Origin: a bacterium
GTDB lineage: Bacteria; Bdellovibrionota_C; UBA2361; CALJRW01
Reading direction: 5' to 3'
DNA: 64,000 bases
Assembly: GCA_031385045.1 (NCBI GenBank)
Contig: JANNBC010000024.1
Span: 192,001 to 256,000, forward strand
The notes below the pieces were generated by a model. The model was given only the letters and a program-made list of their open reading frames with translations. It did no database searches and was not told the origin of the DNA. Below, one piece after another: positions 9,527-19,409 of this stretch. Both the position numbers and the translations under genes were made by a program. Positions within the stretch are counted from its first letter, which is position 1; each line of letters begins with the position of its first letter.

Positions 9527-10619
9527 AATCCCTTTATTAATTATCTTTCTTGCTAGCTTAATTATTACTCCTTTTGTTTGGGCTGATGCTAAAGAAGAAG
9601 CTTTTCAGCCTAGTTTGATCGGTTTAAATAATGATCAGAAAAGACTATTTGATTATTTAGAGATTGAAAGAATTATTCTTGAGGGTAAGTATCGTGAGCC
9701 AGACACTGAAGCTTGGAAAAGCTTTGCTAGATTATACGAAGAATATGTGGAACTTTTCTGTTATGAAAGTGTAAATTACAAATTTCAAAGTCCGACTAAT
9801 CCAAACCCAAGTGCCACTTGTCGAAATTACCTAAGAAATCTCAAGATCTATAATCCTACAAATCCACTTTTGGCCTGTTCTGAAAATGGTCTGGGATCCG
9901 AGCAATGTAAGAATGCCTACTTGCAACAATATATTTCTAGAGAAGGTGATTTCACAAATAATTTTAATACCATGAGTGAATTTGAGGGGAAAATAGCTAC
10001 CCTGTCTCAGGAGCGCATGAAGACAAGACCGCAAGAATTAGATTTTGAAATTAATAAATTAGCATTAAGCTTTAAGACTGAAGAGACTGCTGAAAAATGG
10101 TTACAGTATAAATCGATGCTTAGTGAAAAAATTGATTATGAGTGCCATACGGTTGGTGTTTCTTTCGTAGATTTTGCACCACCAGATTTTATGATGGGCG
10201 CCAACTTAATTGAGCATCAACGCTATACTAGTGATCAACTTTATAAAGAGGCCTATGATCTTTTACATGATCCGAACAGACTAGGAAATCTTTTTATTCA
10301 AGGTAACTTTGATAAAAAAGAGGATCCTGCAGTGGAACTGCAGACTAAGCCTCACCCGTTTGAAGTTATTGATAAAAAAGATCAAAGTGATTTTAAACCA
10401 AAGCCTTTTTGGCGAATTCGCCGTATTTCCACTAAATGCTATGAGAGTATTCTTCAAGGCTTAAGATTTAATATTGCCTTACCAGCCTCCATTTGTAATC
10501 TGCATGGAATATATTCCCCACTATGCTTAAACGCTGATAAAGAATTTGAAAAAAATCTGCCGCTTTATATCAGAAAACCTAAAGTTATTAAGCCAAAATT
10601 TGAAATGGGAACTTTCTAG
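9519..10619 (+). CDS. secreted hypothetical protein with duplicated Cys motif
   Basis: Signal peptide (…PFVWA); two copies of C-x10-N-x3-P-x3-C-x3-G-x2-S-x2-C-x-NA. Confidence 0.75.
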   Translation: MNKIPLLIIFLASLIITPFVWADAKEEAFQPSLIGLNNDQKRLFDYLEIERIILEGKYREPDTEAWKSFARLYEEYVELFCYESVNYKFQSPTNPNPSATCRNYLRNLKIYNPTNPLLACSENGLGSEQCKNAYLQQYISREGDFTNNFNTMSEFEGKIATLSQERMKTRPQELDFEINKLALSFKTEETAEKWLQYKSMLSEKIDYECHTVGVSFVDFAPPDFMMGANLIEHQRYTSDQLYKEAYDLLHDPNRLGNLFIQGNFDKKEDPAVELQTKPHPFEVIDKKDQSDFKPKPFWRIRRISTKCYESILQGLRFNIALPASICNLHGIYSPLCLNADKEFEKNLPLYIRKPKVIKPKFEMGTF

Positions 10620-10747
10620 CAGCATTAATTTTCTTTTCAAAAATGCTAAAAAGTTCATTTATCCTCTTGAGATTCTTAGTTTTTTTTGATTTAATGGATA
10701 CCTGTAGTGATTCATAACTACAGGTTGATTTATCTTTTTGTTTCCTT

Positions 10748-11107
10748 ATGTCTAAAAAAAATTGTTTAACAAAAGCTGATCTCGCAGATAGCATTTTCTC
10801 AATGATGCCAATTGATAAGAGCCAAGCAAATCAGATTGTGGAAGATTTTATTGAATTAATTAAGACAGGACTGGAACAAGACGAGAAAGTAATGATTTCA
10901 GGATATGGTTCTTTTGAGGTGAACTCCAAGTCAGCTCGCCGAGGTCGTAATCCCCAAACTGGCGAATCCATTATTTTAAGATCAAGAAAAGTTGTTAAAT
11001 TTAAACCTAGCCAAATCTTAAGAAAATCAGTCAATAACGATGGTTCAGCAATTGATGAGCAAGAAGATAGTTTTGCTCCCAAGCCTCGAGCACCTTTCCG
11101 TAGCTAG
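10748..11107 (+). CDS. ihfA: integration host factor alpha / HU-family DNA-binding protein
   Basis: LTKADLA, KVMISGYGSF, GRNPQTGE, VKFKPSQIL. Confidence 0.88.
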   Translation: MSKKNCLTKADLADSIFSMMPIDKSQANQIVEDFIELIKTGLEQDEKVMISGYGSFEVNSKSARRGRNPQTGESIILRSRKVVKFKPSQILRKSVNNDGSAIDEQEDSFAPKPRAPFRS

Positions 11108-11254
11108 TGCTCTATCCATTAAGTTTTTTCACCTGGGAAAGATCCCGAGCCGGAGCACTTATTTTACGGAGGTAGGATAATAATACTAATTTACTAATGT
11201 CCCAGCAAACACTCTCGTCACGCAGGTGCAAAAACTTATCGGATGGGACACTAG
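11104..11254. repeat. 151-bp element with 32-bp imperfect terminal inverted repeats bounded by CTAG (MITE-like or structured RNA)
   Basis: 11104-11135 matches the reverse complement of 11223-11254 at 26/32 positions. Confidence 0.75.
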
Positions 11255-11318
11255 ACTCTCTGCAAAGCTTGAAGAGTTAGAAGGTAATTTATTTACCTTG
11301 GATTATTAAGGGTATAAT

Positions 11319-11549
11319 TTAAGAAAAAAGAAGTGGTGGGTTCTCTACATGAATACCTTCTTTTTTTAGGTCTAACCAAATTTCACGAGCTAACTCTTTA
11401 TTGCTTTGATCTAAAATTTCATAAATATTCTCTAAGTTAAGGGCATACTTGATGGCGGACAGTGCATAAACTGAAGATGCCGTCTTATTTTTTAAGCTCT
11501 CCCTAACTTCTTTTAAGTAAGACTCCAGTTCTTTCTTTGTTTTAATCAT
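11319..11549 (-). CDS. small hypothetical protein
   Basis: 76-aa ORF with GGAG upstream, in the same orientation as the upstream operon. Confidence 0.65.
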   Translation of the reverse strand: MIKTKKELESYLKEVRESLKNKTASSVYALSAIKYALNLENIYEILDQSNKELAREIWLDLKKEGIHVENPPLLFS

Positions 11550-11596
11550 CTATTTTCTCCAAAACTTATTAACTTATTATTTGCTTATCTACTATC

Positions 11597-12298
11597 CTAA
11601 CGATCCACAGGGATTAATTCAATAGCCTGACTAAAGCGCCTCGGATCTTGACCAGGGATCACAACTAGGGGGGAGTCGGTAATAACACCTCTAGTTTCAA
11701 TTCTTCTAGGTTCGATGCCAAAACGGACTAAATAATTTCCAATTTCTCTAGATCTCTTTAGTGTTAAGTGCTCTGCATAGCTAGTTTTATCTTCCACAGA
11801 CTTCACATAACAAGCCACAATCAACCTTGACCATGGAAAACGTTTCTTATTAAGTCGTGCTAACTCTCTAACAAGTGCAATTGATTCTGGTTTTAACTTA
11901 ACCTCGTCTCCAGAGAAGAAATAATCAGCAGGATAAATATCACGTGCGGGATGGAACTCGATTCTTCTTTGATAGTGTTCAGTTAAAACTTGCTGAGCAA
12001 ATGCAATTTCTTTTTCTGTCTTGGCCCGTTCTTTTAATTCTTTCAAATCTTCTTCCGCCCAGTCTTGAACTGCCCCGCGGATTCCTCCAGCTACAGCTCC
12101 TACTCCAGCCCCGACTGCCGCTCCTGGCCCAGTTCCAGCACCTAAATGCAAGCCTACAATAGCTCCCGTTCCTGCGCCAGTTGCTGCACCAGTGACAATA
12201 CCCAAACCTTCTTTATCAGGACCAGGGCGATATCCAGTACATGATACTAGTAGTATTAAGAGAATCAGTAAGGAGAATTTAGAATTTTGCTTGTTCAT
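11597..12298 (-). CDS. lipoprotein with glycine zipper and OmpA-like C-terminal domain
   Basis: Lipobox LLVSC; GAxxGAxxG zipper; LTLKRSREIGNYLVRFGIEPRRIETRG resembles OmpA C-domain; ATG at 12298. Confidence 0.8.
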   Translation of the reverse strand: MNKQNSKFSLLILLILLVSCTGYRPGPDKEGLGIVTGAATGAGTGAIVGLHLGAGTGPGAAVGAGVGAVAGGIRGAVQDWAEEDLKELKERAKTEKEIAFAQQVLTEHYQRRIEFHPARDIYPADYFFSGDEVKLKPESIALVRELARLNKKRFPWSRLIVACYVKSVEDKTSYAEHLTLKRSREIGNYLVRFGIEPRRIETRGVITDSPLVVIPGQDPRRFSQAIELIPVDR

Positions 12299-13778
12299 CA
12301 AACGTTATTTGCTTTAAGGGGTACTGATAAAGGTAAGAATTAGGGTCAGCAACCGCAGTCTCCAAAAGATTATACGTCGAACTAGGTCCTACAACAACTA
12401 TAATAAAATCATCAATCCTCCAGTGTTTAGTGGCAACGTTCTGAATTTCTGCTGAATTAACTTTGGCAATGTTGCTTAGAAAATCTTGTTGATAATTATC
12501 TGGATAATCTAATAGTTTTAATAGCGCATAACGATTTACGATTTTCTCATAGTTATCATAATCAAAAACGAAGGAGTTCTGGATATTACGCTTAACACTC
12601 TCTACTTCAGCTTCCTTTGGGCCAACAGTCTGAAGTTCTACAAGAGTTCTGACTCCCTCTTCAATCGCCTTAACTGTTTGTTCTGATTTTGTTTGTAAGT
12701 AGATAATATTTTTACCAGGAATTACATCCTCTAATGTACCCCCAAAAGTAGAATAGGCCCAGCCATTCTTTTCACGAATGTTTTTCATTAGTCTAGAAGT
12801 GAAAGACTTAGTACCAAAAATATCATTAAAAACTTGGAGGGCATATTGATCGGGACCAAGACGTTTCACCCCACGTTGACCAATACTTACAGTGCTTTGC
12901 TGATATTCACCTGGGTAGAAATAAATTCCCTTAGCGTTTTCTGGAACTGGATCTAATAACTTTTCTTGAAAGTTTTTACTAACGGGCCATTTTGCAAAAT
13001 AATCTAGTGCCAGTTGCCGAGCTGCAATATCAGTTAAGTCTCCAGTTAAGACAAGTTTAGCCTTATTGGGGATAACGTACGCCCGATGGACTCTAAGTAT
13101 TTCGGCTCGACTAAGAGCTTCAACTTCCTTAATTGAACTGAGCTTTTCAAATGGAGTACCACGATTGATCAACTGATTAAATGTTAGCGAAGCAATGTCG
13201 TTTGGTGAATCTTTGCGAGATTTAATACTAGCAATCTTTTGTTTTTTCCAATTTTCCAATCTTTGCAAATCAATCTGTGGTTTTAAGACAATGTCCTGAG
13301 CTATCGGTAGAACCTCAGCTAGAGATTCACTTAGGCAAGAGAAGCTAATGCTAGCATTTTCAGCTCCAAAATTAACATCAACTGAGGCAGCTAGTTGTTC
13401 TAACAGTAAATCAACTTCTTCTGGGTTTCGCTCTCCCGCGCCACCAGTACGCATTAGGCTGCCCAGCGCTTCTAAGGCAAGAGCGTCCCCTTGTTGTTTT
13501 GCAAGATAAACCCCATTCGGAATCAATAAAGTACCATTAATAATTGGCAACTCTGGATCTGCTAAAAAATTAACTTCAATCCCATTCTCAATAATCCAAG
13601 AAGTAATTTGTGGAACATTCGCCGTCAAAGGATCAACTTTGAGAGCTTGTTTTATCCATTTTGGATTCTTCGAGCTCAACTCTGTAAATGATTTTTGCCG
13701 AGTAGGTTTTTTTTCTGCTGGAGCAAAAAGGCTACAGGCCGAAAGTAAACAAATGAAAATTATGATCAGATACTTCAC
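12279..13778 (-). CDS. M16 family peptidase, non-catalytic subunit (lipoprotein)
   Basis: Lipobox LSAC; SRLMKNIREKNGWAYS motif; no HxxEH; stop/start overlap with the upstream partner. Confidence 0.88.
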   Translation of the reverse strand: MKYLIIIFICLLSACSLFAPAEKKPTRQKSFTELSSKNPKWIKQALKVDPLTANVPQITSWIIENGIEVNFLADPELPIINGTLLIPNGVYLAKQQGDALALEALGSLMRTGGAGERNPEEVDLLLEQLAASVDVNFGAENASISFSCLSESLAEVLPIAQDIVLKPQIDLQRLENWKKQKIASIKSRKDSPNDIASLTFNQLINRGTPFEKLSSIKEVEALSRAEILRVHRAYVIPNKAKLVLTGDLTDIAARQLALDYFAKWPVSKNFQEKLLDPVPENAKGIYFYPGEYQQSTVSIGQRGVKRLGPDQYALQVFNDIFGTKSFTSRLMKNIREKNGWAYSTFGGTLEDVIPGKNIIYLQTKSEQTVKAIEEGVRTLVELQTVGPKEAEVESVKRNIQNSFVFDYDNYEKIVNRYALLKLLDYPDNYQQDFLSNIAKVNSAEIQNVATKHWRIDDFIIVVVGPSSTYNLLETAVADPNSYLYQYPLKQITFDEQAKF

Positions 13779-15253
13779 TGTCGGTCCTCCAATTTGCCAA
13801 CGATTAAATTTTCAGGCACTAGATATTTTCTAGCAACTTGATTGATTGTTGCGATATCTAAGTTATCAATTTTTGCTAACCAACTGAAGTAATCATGCCA
13901 ATCATCATAGACATGCTGCGCATAGCTTAAACCTTGCGCCAAAGTCATATTAGATTGCAGGCCAAAAATTAAATCTGCTTTCAGCCTTTTTTTAACCAAG
14001 TTTAGGTCACTTTCTGAGATTCCCGCTTTTAACTTAGCTTCGATAATCTTTAATAATTCTGCTTCTAATTGATCATTGGTCGTTGGTGCGATCGGTTGAG
14101 CAAAAATCAAGTATAAATTCGGAAAGGCCGCGCCGGGCCCCTCAAAATAGCTTAAAGAACGAGCGATTGAGCGATCAATTACTAAATCTTTATAAATTGG
14201 CGCAACACTGCTGCCAAGCATCGCATCAAGCCAAAGGTTTAATGCTAAATCATCAGGGTTAGGATAGTTTGGCTTATGATAAGCTAATAGCATTCTAGGC
14301 TCAGCAGCAAACTGCACGGCAAATTCCTTTTTTCCTGTGAACCAAGGCTCAATAATATTTGTTCTTTTTGGGGTTGGCTGACTTGGCAGTGAGCTAAAAT
14401 ACTTCTCCAGCATTTTTACAGTATCTGAAACATCTAAATCGCCAACCAAGGTAATCAGAATATTATCTGCCTGATAATATGTGCGATAAAACTGATCAAT
14501 ATCGTTAGCTGTTAGGTTATTTAAATCTGTTTCATAGCCAATTGTTGGGCGCCGATAGGGATGTAATTCATAAGCATTGGCCAGCATCTTAATATACAAA
14601 GCGCCATCTGGATCATCAACATAACGTAAGCGTCTTTCTTCTTGAACTACATCTCGCTCGGAATAAAACTGTCGCCAAACTGGCTCAGCCAATCGATCAG
14701 ATTCAATTTGACACCAACTCTCTAGGGCGTTACTGGGCATACTAATAAAATAATTTGTAAAGTCAGAACTTGTCGAGGCATTCATGCCAACGCCGCCTAA
14801 CTTAGAAAAAATCTGATCAATCCCCTCTTCTCCATTCCAAGTTTTTTTAAGTTTTTTATTTACTATGGAAATTTGTTTTTTGATCGACTCTTGATCTTCC
14901 GATGGATCTTGTGATTTTTTAACCAACACTTCTAGCTCTCTTAATAACTGCGCTTCTTTGGGAAAATTTTTCGTACCTAAAGTCTTAGAACCCTTGAAGG
15001 CCATATGTTCTAACATATGGGAGATGCCTGTTTTGCCTGGGATTTCATCCACGCCACCAACCTTAACGCTAATCACTGCTGAAAAAACTGGGGCTTGCTT
15101 ACGAGGATAAATAATAACCTGAAGGCCATTGCTTAATTTCGCCGAATGCACTTCGCCAATTAATTTATCAACGATACCTTGATAATCGGTTTGTGCTAGA
15201 GAAATTAATGGGGTCCCAAGGAGTAAAAGGAAAGATAAGAGTATTCTAAACAT
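13775..15253 (-). CDS. M16 family zinc peptidase, catalytic subunit
   Basis: GISHMLEHMAFKG (HxxEH), NASTS.D.T.Y, ERDVVQEERR; signal peptide begins at ATG 15253. Confidence 0.92.
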   Translation of the reverse strand: MFRILLSFLLLLGTPLISLAQTDYQGIVDKLIGEVHSAKLSNGLQVIIYPRKQAPVFSAVISVKVGGVDEIPGKTGISHMLEHMAFKGSKTLGTKNFPKEAQLLRELEVLVKKSQDPSEDQESIKKQISIVNKKLKKTWNGEEGIDQIFSKLGGVGMNASTSSDFTNYFISMPSNALESWCQIESDRLAEPVWRQFYSERDVVQEERRLRYVDDPDGALYIKMLANAYELHPYRRPTIGYETDLNNLTANDIDQFYRTYYQADNILITLVGDLDVSDTVKMLEKYFSSLPSQPTPKRTNIIEPWFTGKKEFAVQFAAEPRMLLAYHKPNYPNPDDLALNLWLDAMLGSSVAPIYKDLVIDRSIARSLSYFEGPGAAFPNLYLIFAQPIAPTTNDQLEAELLKIIEAKLKAGISESDLNLVKKRLKADLIFGLQSNMTLAQGLSYAQHVYDDWHDYFSWLAKIDNLDIATINQVARKYLVPENLIVGKLEDRQ

Positions 15254-15290
15254 ACTTGCTTTTCTACCGAATTGCGCCAGATAGTTCAAG

Positions 15291-15403
15291 CATAGTGTTC
15301 CGCCTACTCTCGTTCGCAAAGCGAACAAAAAAAAACAAACACTATGTCCGCCGTAGCTCTCTGAAATTAAAAGACTTTTTAATTTCAGAGAGCGAAGGAG
15401 GAC
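15291..15403. repeat. cluster of palindromes, REP-like
   Basis: catagtgtt/aacactatg inverted repeat, gttcgc-aaa-gcgaac hairpin, and a 17-bp perfect stem at 15356-15393 framed by GTCCGCCGTA...GAAGGAGGAC. Confidence 0.75.
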
Positions 15404-15481
15404 CTTACACAACGCCTCAGTTCCGATCTACAATTTAATTGGAAATGAAATTGAAAAAAGATTAATCCCAAAACTTAGTTA

Positions 15482-16624
15482 CTAATCCTCAACCACTGGC
15501 TTACTAAGAAAAAGTGTAACAACAGCACCGCCCTCCGGACTATTATTAAATTTTATTCTTCCTTTATTAATCCTAGTTAGAAATTTGCTAATCACGAGAC
15601 CTAGGCCACCGCCTTGCTGTTCATTAATCTCTCTTTGATGCTGATAAAAAACTTGTGATAGATTTTTAAAACAATTTTTATCAAAGCCATTACCATTATC
15701 AGTAATTGATAGATTAATAGTGCGAGTATCATTTTCCAAGGTAACTTTAATTTTTCTTGGCTCTTTAGTAAATTTAATTGCATTATCAATCAGCCGATCT
15801 AGAATAAGTCCTAAATGTTGGGGATAAGCAATCAGTTGATAGGTTTCTTCCTGATCAAATTCAAAGCTTACTTCACACTGATGATCAACTAAGTATTTTT
15901 TATTTTTTTGAAGATAAGATTTTACAAAATCAAGTAAGTTCAAATCGGCAGAGTATGTCTGGTAGTTCTTCTGTGCCTGACCAGCTTGAATTTGTTGTAG
16001 TAATATAAAATTGTTAATTATCTTCTCTAACCTTTGCCCACCACGCCATATTGTTGACACTAGGGAGCTAATCTTATCCTTAGCTAAATTCTCTTGCTGG
16101 CTTAGTAATAGTTCTGAGCCAGTGGTTACGGCTACTAGTGGAGTCCGAAATTCATGTGAGATATGTCGGATAACTTGTGATGAAAACTCATCCTGCTTTT
16201 TTTGATAAAATTCTTGAATATCTTTGGAGCGTTCAATTTTTCCTCGAATTGTTGCTAAGAGCTCATTTGGATCAAATGGTTTTACTAAATAGGCATCGGC
16301 TCCAGAAGATTTACCTTTTAAAACATTCTCTGAATCACCAAGTGCAGTCAGAAATACAAAAGGGATATTGGCATATTGGTTCTGTTCACGAAGTCGCTTC
16401 TGAAGAGTAAACCCATCCATTATCGGCATCATGACATCACAGAGAATTAAATCTGCCTCGATCATTGCTAAGCTGGATAAGGCATCTTCTCCATTCACTT
16501 GAACAAATACTTCATAGTTTTCGTCTGTTAATAAGGTCCGTAGAACATCCAAGACGAGTGGATTATCCTCTACTACCATAATCTTTGGTTTAGTTGCTTG
16601 TAATTCAAACGACTCGGAATGCAT
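15482..16624 (-). CDS. hybrid response regulator receiver / histidine kinase
   Basis: VVEDN, CDVMMP and KPF receiver motifs; SHEFRTPL H-box; NAIKF, DNGNG, GGGLGL ATPase boxes. Confidence 0.93.
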   Translation of the reverse strand: MHSESFELQATKPKIMVVEDNPLVLDVLRTLLTDENYEVFVQVNGEDALSSLAMIEADLILCDVMMPIMDGFTLQKRLREQNQYANIPFVFLTALGDSENVLKGKSSGADAYLVKPFDPNELLATIRGKIERSKDIQEFYQKKQDEFSSQVIRHISHEFRTPLVAVTTGSELLLSQQENLAKDKISSLVSTIWRGGQRLEKIINNFILLQQIQAGQAQKNYQTYSADLNLLDFVKSYLQKNKKYLVDHQCEVSFEFDQEETYQLIAYPQHLGLILDRLIDNAIKFTKEPRKIKVTLENDTRTINLSITDNGNGFDKNCFKNLSQVFYQHQREINEQQGGGLGLVISKFLTRINKGRIKFNNSPEGGAVVTLFLSKPVVED

Positions 16625-16749
16625 AACTAATCTTTCAGGTTACTAAAACAGCCTTTATGACTTAGCTACTTATCGACTGAAAATACCTATTCCTTTAGGC
16701 TAATTTTGCTTATTTGAAAAAAGATTGCCGATCAGTTATTATAATAAGT

Positions 16750-17095
16750 CCAAAAAGTAATTTCCTACGAAAATTACTTTTTGGTGCGTAACCATTCACG
16801 TATCTGTAAAAATTTAAAATGAACAAATCCCCTTAAAGGGGTCAATTTACGAAGTAAATTGGGGGTGGAGACACTATCCGTTCACACTACTGGACAAAAT
16901 CATTCAGATTTTGACCAAGGAATAAATTAGTTTTTTGTTCTAATAAAGCCTTTTAAAAGTAGTTTAACTTTACCCGTGAACGGATACTTTGGTGCTTATT
17001 ATCTCCCAGAGGGATAATAAAATCATATAGTTATGACAAAAATCACAAAACTAATTTTTAAATTCTCGGAAATTATTTTTTGGTCATAACTATAT
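16750..17095. repeat. intergenic array of hairpins and short TIR elements
   Basis: 14-bp stem 16750-16784; caatttac-gaa-gtaaattg 16843-16861; 11-bp TIR tatccgttcac 16875/16986; 13-bp TIR atatagttatgac 17025/17095. Confidence 0.8.
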
Positions 17096-17185
17096 ATAGC
17101 CAGTTGCAGGGTCTCAGGGCTCTTTTATCAGCACCAAGTTCAGGTTAGATTGTCAGAACTTGAACTTTTAAAAATCTGCTAAGTT

Positions 17186-18097
17186 ATGGAAAATAATAAA
17201 ATTATTGCTGTCTTTCCAGGACAGGGAGCTCAAAAAGTTGGCATGGCTAAGGATCTTTTTGATCAATATGATCTAGCTAAAAAGCTGTTTAGGATTGCCG
17301 ACGAAGCACTAGACTATTCTATTTCCAAGATCTGTTTTGAGGGCCCAGAGGATAACCTAGTATTAACTGCCAATGTTCAACCAGCTATTTTGACACATAG
17401 TTGCATTGCCTACCAAATTGCTAAAGAAAAGTTAGGAGATAAATTAAATCCAGTGGTAGTTGCTGGTCACAGTCTTGGAGAATATTCTGCGCTAGTTGCT
17501 GCGGAAGCAATTAGTTTTGCTGATGCTGTAGTTTTAGTTCACAAACGTGGCAAATACATGCAATCAGCAGTGCCCGTAGGAGTTGGCGCAATGCTTGCTG
17601 TTCTTGGACAAGAAGTGGCAACTTTAGAAAATGCCTTAGTAGGTTTTGATGATTTAGAAATTGCGAATATTAATGCTCCTGGTCAAATTGTAATTTCTGG
17701 ATCAGCAAAAAGCGCTAAAGAGTTTCAAGCTAGCAATACTGGCTTTAAAATGATTCCACTGCCAGTCAGTGCTCCTTTTCATTGCAAGTTAATGCAATCT
17801 GCCCAAGATTTGCTCAGTAAAGATCTAGACTCAATTGAAATTAAAACACCAAAGTTTCCCGTAATTTCAAATTATCTAGCACGTCCCCTAACTAATCCGG
17901 AAGAAATTCGTCAGGCACTTAAAGACCAAGTAACTGGTAAGGTTCGCTGGGTGGAGTCAATGGAATTAGCAATTAGTCAATTCCAAGTTGAGCAAATAGT
18001 TGAGTTTGGTCCAGGCAACGTCCTAACTGGATTAATGAAAAGAATTAATAAGGATTTAAGCAAAGTTAATTATCAAGTAAGTGGTGACTTCCAATAA
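17186..18097 (+). CDS. fabD: malonyl-CoA:ACP transacylase
   Basis: FPGQGAQ, GHSLGEY, VSAPFH, VEFGPG. Confidence 0.96.
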   Translation: MENNKIIAVFPGQGAQKVGMAKDLFDQYDLAKKLFRIADEALDYSISKICFEGPEDNLVLTANVQPAILTHSCIAYQIAKEKLGDKLNPVVVAGHSLGEYSALVAAEAISFADAVVLVHKRGKYMQSAVPVGVGAMLAVLGQEVATLENALVGFDDLEIANINAPGQIVISGSAKSAKEFQASNTGFKMIPLPVSAPFHCKLMQSAQDLLSKDLDSIEIKTPKFPVISNYLARPLTNPEEIRQALKDQVTGKVRWVESMELAISQFQVEQIVEFGPGNVLTGLMKRINKDLSKVNYQVSGDFQ

Positions 18098-18572
18098 TAT
18101 TTGTTATCTATCCCTAGGCACAAACCTAGGGAATCGAGAAGAGTTTATCAAGAAAGCTCTGGTAAAACTTGGTAAGGAAGTTAAAATTCTGAAAATCTCT
18201 CCTGTTTATCAAACAGCTCCTTGGGGTCTACTAGAACAAGAACCATTCTTAAATCTCTGTGTGGAGATTTCCACCACACTTAGCCCACTATCCTTACTAA
18301 ATCTTTGTAAAGCAATCGAACAACAACTAGGGCGTAGAAAGAAAATCCATTGGGGACCAAGAGAGATTGATATCGATATAATTTTCTATGCCAAGGAGAT
18401 CATTAAACTGGAGAACTTAACTATCCCTCATCCAGAACTATCACATCGACAATTTGTTTTAAAACCGCTAGCTGATCTTGCTCCAAATTTTATTCACCCA
18501 GAATTAAACATTTCTGTTATAAACTTATCTTCTAGCTTATCATTAGATGGAGTTGAATTTTATCAAGTATAA
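18081..18572 (+). CDS. folK: 2-amino-4-hydroxy-6-hydroxymethyldihydropteridine diphosphokinase
   Basis: YLSLGTNLG, WGPREIDIDI, LTIPHP, R.FVL.PL. Confidence 0.95.
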   Translation: MVTSNNICYLSLGTNLGNREEFIKKALVKLGKEVKILKISPVYQTAPWGLLEQEPFLNLCVEISTTLSPLSLLNLCKAIEQQLGRRKKIHWGPREIDIDIIFYAKEIIKLENLTIPHPELSHRQFVLKPLADLAPNFIHPELNISVINLSSSLSLDGVEFYQV

Positions 18573-18581
18573 ACCCAGAAG

Positions 18582-19409
18582 ATGAAAACAAAATTAATGG
18601 GAGTTCTAAACCTCACGATAGATAGTTTTAGTGGGGACGGATTATTAACAAGTAATAATTTTGTTGATTCAGCCTTACGCCAGGCGGAGACAATGCTCGC
18701 AAGCGGTGCTACTATTCTTGACTTAGGGGCAGAGAGTTCTAGACCAGGAGGATTACCAATCACTGCGGAAGAAGAATGGCAAAGACTAGCGCTAACCCTT
18801 AAAGAATTAAGTTCCCTGGAAACAATTATTTCGATCGATACCTATCACGCCAAGACAGCAGAACTTGCTTTAAACCAAGGAGCAACGTGGATCAATTCTA
18901 TTTGGGGTTTTAAGAGAGATCCAAACTTATTAGCAGTTGTGCGAGAGGCTAACTGCCCGTTTGTTTTAATGCATAATACTTCTGACCAAGCTAGTATTCA
19001 GGAATCGTCACAAATAGGCAGTTTTTATCAAACAAGTATTCATCATGATGTTGTTCCAGAAATTATTAGATCTTTGAAAGTAGATATTAATGAAGCGCTG
19101 GAGCAAGGAATTAGATCCGAACAAATTATTATTGATCCTGGAATTGGCTTCGGGAAAACTCCACTTCAAAACCTACAAATCATTGGAAACTTAGCGGCCT
19201 TTAAGGAATTAGGGTTCCCTGTGCTACTTGGCCCTTCTCGAAAGTCATTTATTGGAGTAGTACTTGATTTGCCAATAACCGAAAGATTAGAAGGGACACT
19301 AGCGATTTGCACCTTAGCTGTCAGTCAAAAGATTGAGATCTTAAGAGTGCATGATGTTCAGGCTGTAGCCCGGGTGACAAAATTAACAGAAGCCATTCTT
19401 AATGCTTAA
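18582..19409 (+). CDS. folP: dihydropteroate synthase
   Basis: MGVLNLT.DSFS, GAESSRPG, IDPGIGFGK, SRKSF, RVHDV. Confidence 0.96.
   Translation: MKTKLMGVLNLTIDSFSGDGLLTSNNFVDSALRQAETMLASGATILDLGAESSRPGGLPITAEEEWQRLALTLKELSSLETIISIDTYHAKTAELALNQGATWINSIWGFKRDPNLLAVVREANCPFVLMHNTSDQASIQESSQIGSFYQTSIHHDVVPEIIRSLKVDINEALEQGIRSEQIIIDPGIGFGKTPLQNLQIIGNLAAFKELGFPVLLGPSRKSFIGVVLDLPITERLEGTLAICTLAVSQKIEILRVHDVQAVARVTKLTEAILNA

Noticed and set aside
15254..15412. 53-aa N-terminal extension of the M16 peptidase, and ORF 15256..15438
   Set aside because: Both run through the palindrome cluster; the signal peptide starts at ATG 15253
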